Shown piece by piece: positions 1 to 7,133 of a stretch of 19,375 nt of DNA. The first letter of the stretch is position 1, and every line of letters begins with the position of its first letter. Under the pieces are notes generated by a model. That model saw nothing but the letters and a program-made list of their open reading frames with translations, had not been told where the DNA came from and did no database searches. A program made the translations under genes and the position numbers. The DNA comes from Candidatus Iainarchaeum sp. (GTDB taxonomy: Archaea; Iainarchaeota; Iainarchaeia; Iainarchaeales; DTGL01): contig JAWALG010000022.1 in NCBI GenBank assembly GCA_038886995.1, forward strand, positions 1 through 19,375, read 5' to 3'.

Positions 1-1777
1 TAACCCTTTCCAGGTGTGCGCGGTCTCTTATGCTTAAGTCAAAAACAACTCTTATCACATTTTGAGAATCGATTTTAATTTCACTCTTAAGAACCTTTAC
101 CTTATTCTTTTCAAATTCTCTAAACAAGTCACTGAGGATATCAGCCCTTTTGAAAGCCCAGGCCTCCATTCTAACAGCATAGCCGCCCCTTTTCAGCAGA
201 TCTTGTCTTACCGAAAATATCTTCTTATGTGATAGGTTTGGCAGTATCGTACAATCAGTTCTATGTACTGTAATCTCCCCCCCTTTTGTTTCATAAGCTA
301 CAATGTCGTCTCCGGGCAGAGGTGTGCAACACTTTGCAAGAATTATCTTTTCAATTTTCTTTGGACTAACAACCATCTTCTTTAACTTATTTGATTTAAT
401 TCCAAACTCTTTCCTTATGGCCAATTTTGCTTTTTGAGTTTTCACAAATTTTAACCATTCAGGTCTAACCGTCTTCGTCTTGCTTAAAATAATTTTTACA
501 GTGTCACCACTGCTTAGTCGATATTTGCCCGACCTTTTAACACCGTTTACTAGCCCATACTTAAACTTATTTCCCAGATCTGTATGTATAGAATATGCGA
601 AATCCAGGACTGTGGCTTTTTTAGGCAGCAGAAGCACATCTTTCTTGGGTGTAAGTACAAAAATAAAATCGCCAGTGATTGAAAACTTTACATAGTCAAA
701 AAGGTCTTTGGCTAGGTTCTGCTGAAGCTCCACCAATTGCCTTGCCAATGATAAGGCCGCATCGAACCCACTATATTGATACCACTTCTTATAACGCCAG
801 TGTGCTGCAACCCCATATTCTGCTTCTCTGTGCATTTCAATTGTTCTTATTTGTATTTCTACAGGCAGGCCATCTATTTTTGCAACCAAGTGTATTGATC
901 TGTATTTATTATCTTTTGGGTTAACAATGTAATCCTCAACCCTGCCAACCAGTTCAAAAGAATCGATAATTGCACTAAAAGCCTTGTAACACTCCCTTAT
1001 TGAACCACATATAACTCTGATGCCAACCAGATCCATTATTTCTTCAACGCTTCTACCTTCTTCTTGACACTTTCTGTATGTGCTGTACACGCTTTTAACT
1101 CGGCCTTGTACTGCAAAAGTTATGCCTTCACGATCTAATAGTTCCTTTATAGCCCCCTTTGCTTTTTTGATGAAATCTTCTGCATTTGGGACCTTTTTAT
1201 ACATTTTTGCCTTAGTGCTTTTGTACTCTTTTGGCGAAATAATAGCCATTGCCAGATCTTGTAACTCTGAACTTACTTCAACAAGGCCGAGCCTTTGTGC
1301 TATCTTTGAGTGTATTTCGAGGGCAATTTTTGCCTCGGTTAACACAGCTTTGCTCTTTTTCTTTTTAATATGCCTCATATAATCTAGCTGTGAAAGTATC
1401 TCAACTATGATGCCCCTCACATCCTTTGATGAAGCCAAAAGTATTTTTGCTAAGCTTTCGCTGCTAAGGTGCCCAATATTTCTTCTCTTTATATCGCCAA
1501 TCTTTGCAGACTCTTTAACTATTTCTATTGTTTTTTCGTCGACTGATGCAAGGGGGCTTTGTTCAGTTAGCTCGTGTAACAAGCAGGCCGCGACCGTTCT
1601 TTGATCAAATCTGAGCTCAAGTGCTATATTTGCAGTTCTCAACTGATGACAAAATTTTTTTTCATCAGAAAAATTTTTGGCAAATCTAAAAGCTTTTATT
1701 ATATTTTTACAGCCATCTTTATCAAAAATATTTTGTAAAGTCCCGACAAAGAGCTTGCTTTCTAGTTCACAACCCAC
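1..1777 (-). CDS. relA: Long RelA/SpoT homolog (RSH), (p)ppGpp synthetase with pseudo-HD, SYNTH, TGS, ZFD and ACT domains; 3' end lies outside the window
   Basis: Manual translation gives an open frame of 592 codons from GTG at 1777 (in-frame TAG just upstream) to the window edge. Motifs: AACLLHELTEQ (HD-like), SKDVRGIIVE, IAQRLG...ELQDL, QGRVKSVYSTYRK, EIMDLVGIRVI, DYIVNPKDNKYRSIH, VEIQIRTIEMHREAEYGVAAHWRYK, TGS FVLTPK..LPKKATVLDFAYSIHTDLG..VNG, ZFD AKCCTPLPGDDI..TVHRTDC, then ACT-like RMEAWAFKRADILSDLF. The symbol denotes family and architecture, not proven orthology. Confidence 0.95.
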   Translation of the reverse strand, partial: MGCELESKLFVGTLQNIFDKDGCKNIIKAFRFAKNFSDEKKFCHQLRTANIALELRFDQRTVAACLLHELTEQSPLASVDEKTIEIVKESAKIGDIKRRNIGHLSSESLAKILLASSKDVRGIIVEILSQLDYMRHIKKKKSKAVLTEAKIALEIHSKIAQRLGLVEVSSELQDLAMAIISPKEYKSTKAKMYKKVPNAEDFIKKAKGAIKELLDREGITFAVQGRVKSVYSTYRKCQEEGRSVEEIMDLVGIRVICGSIRECYKAFSAIIDSFELVGRVEDYIVNPKDNKYRSIHLVAKIDGLPVEIQIRTIEMHREAEYGVAAHWRYKKWYQYSGFDAALSLARQLVELQQNLAKDLFDYVKFSITGDFIFVLTPKKDVLLLPKKATVLDFAYSIHTDLGNKFKYGLVNGVKRSGKYRLSSGDTVKIILSKTKTVRPEWLKFVKTQKAKLAIRKEFGIKSNKLKKMVVSPKKIEKIILAKCCTPLPGDDIVAYETKGGEITVHRTDCTILPNLSHKKIFSVRQDLLKRGGYAVRMEAWAFKRADILSDLFREFEKNKVKVLKSEIKIDSQNVIRVVFDLSIRDRAHLERV

Positions 1778-1797
1778 AAAGAAATTCTGCTAAATAG

Positions 1798-1805
1798 TTA
1801 ATAAA
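1798..1805 (-). promoter_or_regulatory. Putative TATA box (TTTATTAA) of the RSH gene, leaderless-type spacing
   Basis: TTTATTAA lies 21-28 nt upstream of the GTG with no SD motif; the same octamer lies 22-29 nt upstream of the tpiA ATG. Confidence 0.5.
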
Positions 1806-1845
1806 AAAAGATATTCGGCATGCATAACTAATTTTGGCGCTATTC

Positions 1846-1852
1846 TTAAAAA
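1846..1852 (+). promoter_or_regulatory. Putative TATA box of the SRP RNA gene
   Basis: TTAAAAA 23-29 nt upstream of the predicted RNA 5' end (about 1875). Confidence 0.45.
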
Positions 1853-1874
1853 CCCAAATAAACAATAATCTATT

Positions 1875-2141
1875 GTGGGCTAGGCTGGGGAGCTAGCGGT
1901 TCCCTGTACCGGAAATCCGCTTTATGCCGGGCCGAAGTTCCGGGGGAGGCTTTAGGCCGAAGGCAAAGCCACAGCAGAACTTTGATGCTTTGCCCCCACC
2001 GGCTTCACTTTATGGTGAACCCGCTAGGCCCGGAAGGGAGCAACGGTAGCCACACTGTGAAGTGCTGTGGGATCTCAGAGCGGAGGTATGCTGTGGGCCA
2101 ACTTTGCTTTTGGTCTTTTGCCAACTCCGGAGCGCGCCCAC
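1875..2141 (+). ncRNA. ffs: Signal recognition particle (7S) RNA, about 267 nt, with Alu domain and helix 8 but apparently no helix 6
   Basis: GC-rich island. Terminal helix GTGGGC/GCCCAC. Alu domain with UGU motif (CCCTGTACCGG) and GCGG/CCGC loop-loop complementarity. Long helix 5 (AGGCCGAAGGCAAAG/CTTTGCTTTTGGTCT; CCACAGCA/TGCTGTGG). Helix 8 signature GAACCCGCTAGGCCC-GGAA-GGGAGCAACGG at about 2017-2046. Confidence 0.95.
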
Positions 2142-2150
2142 TTAAAGCAT

Positions 2151-3275
2151 TTAAATACGTTGTCCTTTTCTGTATTTCATTTTAGAACTTTTTAACGCTT
2201 CTTTCTGCAGTACACTAAGCGCATCTTCTAGCGCAGTCAGGAGATTCCAAGATTCTGAAGAAGCATTGAATGAAAATTTTCCTGATGTTACCTTTGCCTT
2301 TACTAAATGCCTTGCCCTCATACCTTTTTTTCTCTGTGATTTGAAATGTATTGAAAGCATTACGTCTGCAGGCAGCAACCTTTCAAGTTTCTCGTACGCT
2401 GCTTTTATTCTTGTTTTCGCCTTTTCTTCATCCAAACTGCTTAGCGCAGGCATGCCTGATATTTGAATCTTTAAATAAGGCCTTTCCTCATACAATGTTG
2501 CTTTTAACACATCTTTCGTTGTAACAATTCCCCTAATCTTTTTTGCTTCTATTAGTAAGATGCTCTTGTCAGAGACAATCTCTTCCTTTGCTGCTTTCAA
2601 AGTATCTGAAGGTCGGAATGTTTTTGCTTCTTCCATAAGTTCCTGAATCTTCACACCCAAGATTTTTTTTGCTTCTGGTTCTTTGCCACTCAAGGAAAAA
2701 AGGCCTGTTTTTTTTGGTGAATGTATGAAATATTTTTCTATAAGGCCACTCAATGTTACCACGCCACAGTAGTTGCCAACATCATCAACTATTGGTATCT
2801 GCTTTACATTCATTTTTCTCATAATTGCTAAGGCTTTCGCTATGGTATCGTCCTTTCTTGCCTCGAAAGTTTCTGAACATATGCTCTCAAGTTTCGTCTT
2901 TGCGACTCTTTCATCTTCAAGTGCGTTGGAAAGAACATCTTTTATATGCACAAAACCAATGATCTTGCCGGAGCTCATTACTGGCAAAAGCCTTGCACCT
3001 GATTGATACATCTGCTCAGCAATTCTACGCAAATCGTCTTCTTCTGATAAAAAAGGCACCTTGCTTTCTACGATTGTCTTAACCTTTAATTCTGGATATA
3101 TCCTTTTCCTTCTAAGAAATTCCCTCGGTGTTAGCAAACCTAAAAAAGCATCTCCAGAAAAAACCGCCAGTGTGCTTTCACCACGCTTTAGCATAACACT
3201 AAAAGCTTCTGATATCTTTGCATCAGCATCTACTTTTGCAACATCCTTCAAAATAAGTTCTGAGGCTTTTACCAT
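2151..3275 (-). CDS. CBS-domain protein (4 CBS) with C-terminal HPF/RaiA-like domain; Hib-type archaeal ribosome hibernation factor
   Basis: Four CBS repeats (LAVFSGDAFLGLLT, LPVMSSGKIIGFVH, IPIVDDVGNYCGVVT, KKIRGIVTTKDVL). The C-terminal about 105 aa fit a beta-alpha-beta-beta-beta-alpha pattern ending NASSESWNLLTALEDALSVLQKE, typical of the HPF/RaiA fold. SD GAGGTGA upstream. Confidence 0.8.
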   Translation of the reverse strand: MVKASELILKDVAKVDADAKISEAFSVMLKRGESTLAVFSGDAFLGLLTPREFLRRKRIYPELKVKTIVESKVPFLSEEDDLRRIAEQMYQSGARLLPVMSSGKIIGFVHIKDVLSNALEDERVAKTKLESICSETFEARKDDTIAKALAIMRKMNVKQIPIVDDVGNYCGVVTLSGLIEKYFIHSPKKTGLFSLSGKEPEAKKILGVKIQELMEEAKTFRPSDTLKAAKEEIVSDKSILLIEAKKIRGIVTTKDVLKATLYEERPYLKIQISGMPALSSLDEEKAKTRIKAAYEKLERLLPADVMLSIHFKSQRKKGMRARHLVKAKVTSGKFSFNASSESWNLLTALEDALSVLQKEALKSSKMKYRKGQRI

Positions 3276-3284
3276 AGAATCACC

Positions 3285-3962
3285 TCACTTAAAGCCAGAC
3301 AGAAGCTCATTGATTTCCTTTTCCTTATCTTTTGCTTTCATTACGCCCGATGCTACAAACACGCCAACACAGCCGAGTTCAATAGATTTCCTCACATCAA
3401 GAGAATTTTTTATTCCCGCGCCAGTTATTATTGGTATTGAGCTTTTCTTGCCAACTAGTGAAACAACATTGCTTATAAGCTCCGGTTTTGCAGTTGAAAC
3501 AGATATATCCCCTGATATGAGTTCAGGTGGCTCTATTGCAATTAAATCAGGCTTAACCCCAAAAGAAGAAATCCTCTGCGCCCTTTCAACTGATTCTGCA
3601 CAAGTCATTACTACAAGCCCAGATTCTTTAGCGCGTCTTATCGCTGCTTCAAGGAAAGCATCATCTCTTTTATTCTCAGCATGGTTCAAAATTGTTCCAA
3701 TTGCGCCAGCTTCCCTTACTGCTTCTGGCAGTATATGCCCAGTATGTGCGCCATATGTTACAGGATCAACATGCTGTGCAAATACAGGCAAGCTGACATT
3801 TTGTGATATCAATCTTATGTCACATGCTTGAACCACAAGAACAACAGTAATATCTTTGTTATTCGCAACCATTTCAACTATTTTTGCAGTTTCCAATGCT
3901 TTAGCTCCAGTGCCAGACTCATATAGCTTGAAGTTTATAAAAAGAGCAGGTAGTTTAAGCAT
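3285..3962 (-). CDS. tpiA: Triosephosphate isomerase, archaeal type
   Basis: INFKLY, FAQHVDP..GAHTG, ILNHAE, IAIEPPELI, GAGI, GVFVASGVMKA; 225 aa. Confidence 0.97.
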   Translation of the reverse strand: MLKLPALFINFKLYESGTGAKALETAKIVEMVANNKDITVVLVVQACDIRLISQNVSLPVFAQHVDPVTYGAHTGHILPEAVREAGAIGTILNHAENKRDDAFLEAAIRRAKESGLVVMTCAESVERAQRISSFGVKPDLIAIEPPELISGDISVSTAKPELISNVVSLVGKKSSIPIITGAGIKNSLDVRKSIELGCVGVFVASGVMKAKDKEKEINELLSGFK

Positions 3963-3983
3963 GTAATAATAACGATTTGCAAT

Positions 3984-3991
3984 TTAATAAA
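3984..3991 (-). promoter_or_regulatory. Putative TATA box (TTTATTAA) of the tpiA-hib transcript
   Basis: 22-29 nt upstream of the tpiA ATG, no SD motif. Confidence 0.5.
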
Positions 3992-4003
3992 ACTTTTGGT
4001 TAG

Positions 4004-4963
4004 TTATTCCGAATCAACATCTTCTATGCCACGCTCTGTTATCTTGTATATGGCTTCACCATCTGGTAAGCTCGGCGAGTCTATAAGCCTTGCTACCCTT
4101 TTCTCACCTTTGCTTTGCCTCAGATATAAACGAGTTTTGGATGCATGACCAACGATATTACCGCCAACTGGCGCCGTGGGGTCACCGAACAGTATGTCTG
4201 GTCTTTCCATTACTTGGTTTGTAACTAAAACGCAAAGGTTATGCATTTCAGCCATTCTTGCAAGCTGATGCATGTGCTTATTTAATTTTTGCTGCCTTTC
4301 CGCAAGCATTCCTCTGCCTATGTACTCTGCCCTGAATTGCGATGTAAGCGAATCCACAACTAATAATCTCACTCCTTCTTTTTTGATTATTTCATCTGCT
4401 TTTTCCGCAAGCAGTATTTGGTGATCAGCATTGTATGCTCTTGCCACAAATATATTTTTTAGTGCGTTTTTTGGGTCAAGGCCTTTTGCTTCAGCTATTT
4501 GGGCTATTCGCTCAGGCCTAAAGCTTGACTCTGAGTCGATGTATATTGCCTTTCCTTCAAGGCCGCCCTTTTCAATAGGAAGCTGGACCATTACACAAAG
4601 CTGGAAACACCACTGAGTTTTGCCTGAAGCCATCTTTCCGTAAACTTCGGTTATGCTTTGGCTTTCTATACCACCACCGAGAAGAGAATCAAGTTCTTTG
4701 CTTCCTGTGCTTATACGACCAATCTTGGCGCGCCTCTCATGTACTTTATCAGCAGTCTCAAAGCCCATACCTAAAGCTTCTCTTGCCGCATTTATTGCCT
4801 TTTCAGCAGTTTTTTCACCAAGGCCAGCTATTTCAGTAAGCTCAATTGGCGAAGCAATGGCTATGCTTTCTAGTGTTTTGTAATTTGCAGCAATCAGCTT
4901 TTCAGCGGCTTGAGTGCCTATCCCAGGCAGGTCGGTTATATCCTTTATCTTTTGGGAAACCAT
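4004..4963 (-). CDS. radA: DNA repair and recombination protein RadA
   Basis: N-terminal HhH (DLPGIG), FETA polymerisation motif, Walker [40 protein letters not shown]. Confidence 0.98.
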   Translation of the reverse strand: MVSQKIKDITDLPGIGTQAAEKLIAANYKTLESIAIASPIELTEIAGLGEKTAEKAINAAREALGMGFETADKVHERRAKIGRISTGSKELDSLLGGGIESQSITEVYGKMASGKTQWCFQLCVMVQLPIEKGGLEGKAIYIDSESSFRPERIAQIAEAKGLDPKNALKNIFVARAYNADHQILLAEKADEIIKKEGVRLLVVDSLTSQFRAEYIGRGMLAERQQKLNKHMHQLARMAEMHNLCVLVTNQVMERPDILFGDPTAPVGGNIVGHASKTRLYLRQSKGEKRVARLIDSPSLPDGEAIYKITERGIEDVDSE

Positions 4964-5008
4964 AATCGCACCAAAAATATATTTGAATAATAGCTTTTTA
5001 ATTGGTTT

Positions 5009-6385
5009 TCAGGACTTCACTTCCGATAAAGCTTGGCAAAATCTTTCAGCTTCTATTTTATAGTCAATGGGCAGAATGTCATCTGCAATAATCTCAAAAC
5101 CTTCTCTTTGGCCAATTGCTTTTCTGGTTGTACCATGAATCAAAACAAAATTTCCAACCATTTTTTCTTCAAGCACCCTTATCGTGTCTTCTACACCATT
5201 CTTTTCAACCAACTCTGTGAGCTCGTCAGTGCTAAGGCCAATAGTGTTTTCAGCAACCCGCCCAAACATAGTGCAACTAACATTTGCGGAGCCATCATCG
5301 ATTACTAAAGATATTACTGCCCTCTTCTTAGTTTTTTTACCGCATTTCTCACAAACAGGGCTAGAAGAACCACCTCTACACTCAGGGCAGAAATCATATA
5401 TTAGCTTGCCTTTGCCAACTGCAATTATTTCTGCCAGAATTTCAGCAAAATAATTTTCATCTTTAAGCTCATCTATTTTTTTCCTAGTGTATTCTTTGCC
5501 GGTAACCAAGTAAGCTTCCGGGATGTCGATTTCAGTTTTCGGGTTTTCAATAATCCTTGACCTTGCGCTGAGATGAATTTCCAAGCCACTACGGCCTTCT
5601 TTTATATCGGCGCCTTCTAACTTAATGAGTTCACCCACATATAGCTTTTGTGCTTTACTAGCCAAATTATGCCACGCCACCACCCTTGCTTTATCCTTTC
5701 CATCCCAAACCTCAAATTGCAATACTTTGCCTTTATTACCCTCTCTTTCAAATTCAAACCTATCAAAGATTTTCGTTACCCTTACAACCAAGTCAACATT
5801 TTTTGTCGGTTCTTTAACATTAGAAAGCTTTACTAGAGAGATTTTAGCATCAGGAAGCTCACTTGTGTCATACTTGCCTTCAGCATTGTATATTTTGCCT
5901 CGTGAGCCAAGAGACAAAGTAAGATTTCCTTTGAATTCTGTAACATAGCAACCTTCTACAAAAACAGCACTGCCTTTGCATATTTTTTCAGAGTCAATCA
6001 TCTGAATTTGTTTATCCCACAAGGTAAGTGTTGCTTCACCTGTAGCGTCCGCAATAACCATCTTGCAATATTTGCCCTTTCTATTGTCTTTTTCAAATGA
6101 CCTTATTTCACCAATGTTAATAACCCGTCCTATGACGCACACATCCTTCAACCCACTTTTAAGCTCGCCCACCTTGAAATTTCTTTCAGCACTTTTTTCA
6201 ATTTCAATATCTATGCCGAGCTCCTTTGCAACCATGAAAGCAGCGCCTTCTTCTGTAAGCAACCCAGCAAACCTTTCAATCTTGTTGCTTACCATGTCCT
6301 TTATGTCTTTCTCGCTCTTTCCAGTTTTTGCTATTATGCTATCTACAATCTTTTTGTAGTCAAGCATTGTTGCCATAATAATCAT
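5009..6385 (-). CDS. rpa: Replication protein A / single-stranded DNA-binding protein (multiple OB folds plus Zn finger)
   Basis: N-terminal GLLTEEGAAFMVAKELG, OB folds (IADATGEATLTLWD, VWDGKDKARVVAWH, IDDGSANVSCTMFG), CPEC...CEKC; adjacent to radA. The true start may be one of the ATGs at 6376 or 6367. Confidence 0.92.
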   Translation of the reverse strand: MIIMATMLDYKKIVDSIIAKTGKSEKDIKDMVSNKIERFAGLLTEEGAAFMVAKELGIDIEIEKSAERNFKVGELKSGLKDVCVIGRVINIGEIRSFEKDNRKGKYCKMVIADATGEATLTLWDKQIQMIDSEKICKGSAVFVEGCYVTEFKGNLTLSLGSRGKIYNAEGKYDTSELPDAKISLVKLSNVKEPTKNVDLVVRVTKIFDRFEFEREGNKGKVLQFEVWDGKDKARVVAWHNLASKAQKLYVGELIKLEGADIKEGRSGLEIHLSARSRIIENPKTEIDIPEAYLVTGKEYTRKKIDELKDENYFAEILAEIIAVGKGKLIYDFCPECRGGSSSPVCEKCGKKTKKRAVISLVIDDGSANVSCTMFGRVAENTIGLSTDELTELVEKNGVEDTIRVLEEKMVGNFVLIHGTTRKAIGQREGFEIIADDILPIDYKIEAERFCQALSEVKS

Positions 6386-6461
6386 ATCATCTGCATAAAA
6401 TTTTATTACAATGCTGGGCTTTTAGGTAAGAAATAAAAATAAGAAACCACATCTAATAAGT

Positions 6462-7121
6462 ATGATTGAAAGCATTGCTAAGAACATTTTTGTTTTTTAT
6501 TCTCCAAACCTTGGCAGTAATGTCTACATCCTTTGCGGGAAAAAAGTGGCTCTGATAGATGCTAGCATAAGCACCAACGAAAGGCAGCTTAAGGAAGAAC
6601 TCTCTGGGCTACACATAATGCCTGAAGATGTTTCCATGATTCTTTTTACTCACGCACATGCCGACCACACTGGCTGTGCAAATCTTTTTAGAAACGCACA
6701 AAAGCTAATGCATGAAAAAGATGCTGAAGCAGTTGAACTTGGTGATACTAACTATACTTTGGCAAGCATGACTGGTCAAAAAGCCATTCTAAGGATAGAC
6801 AAGCAACTTTCAGGAAATGAAATCATAAACATTGAGCCATTCTCACTAAAAGTTATTCATACGCCCGGGCACACAAAGGGTTCTGTATGTTATTATGAGC
6901 AGAGGCAAAAGCTTCTTTTTTCAGGTGACACCCTTTTGGTGGGTAGCTGTGGCAGAACAGACCTTCCAGGTGGCAATGAGAAAGAAATTGTGGGTTCAAT
7001 TTCAATGCTTAGGAATATAGATTTCAACATTCTGCTTCCAGGCCATGGCACAATCCTTAAAGAATCACAAAAAGCTAACATTGACTTCGTCTTAAAAACA
7101 CTTAAGGGCAAATACTTATAG
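6462..7121 (+). CDS. MBL-fold metallo-hydrolase (glyoxalase II-like)
   Basis: THAHADH, HTPGHTKGS, LFSGD, GRTDLPGG, LPGHG. Confidence 0.93.
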   Translation: MIESIAKNIFVFYSPNLGSNVYILCGKKVALIDASISTNERQLKEELSGLHIMPEDVSMILFTHAHADHTGCANLFRNAQKLMHEKDAEAVELGDTNYTLASMTGQKAILRIDKQLSGNEIINIEPFSLKVIHTPGHTKGSVCYYEQRQKLLFSGDTLLVGSCGRTDLPGGNEKEIVGSISMLRNIDFNILLPGHGTILKESQKANIDFVLKTLKGKYL

Positions 7122-7133
7122 TGTGGTGTTTTT

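Noticed and set aside
780-1110. Synthetase as a toxSAS toxin-antitoxin or phage-defence module
   Set aside because: It is embedded in a long TGS/ZFD/ACT architecture in a housekeeping context with no adjacent antitoxin visible; the downstream side is outside the window.
480-1604. Four short plus-strand ORFs in the track (480-695, 679-924, 1080-1382, 1407-1604)
   Set aside because: Antisense shadows of the minus-strand RSH gene; no motifs.
1875-2141. GC-rich RNA as RNase P RNA, riboswitch or rRNA fragment
   Set aside because: The helix 8 and Alu signatures identify SRP RNA; no RNase P P4 consensus seen.
1982-2185. 67-aa ORF
   Set aside because: Overlaps the SRP RNA S-domain; spurious.
3061-3831. 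256-aa plus-strand ORF and other antisense ORFs across the window
   Set aside because: They lie opposite well-conserved genes (tpiA, hib, radA, rpa and others) and have no recognisable motifs.
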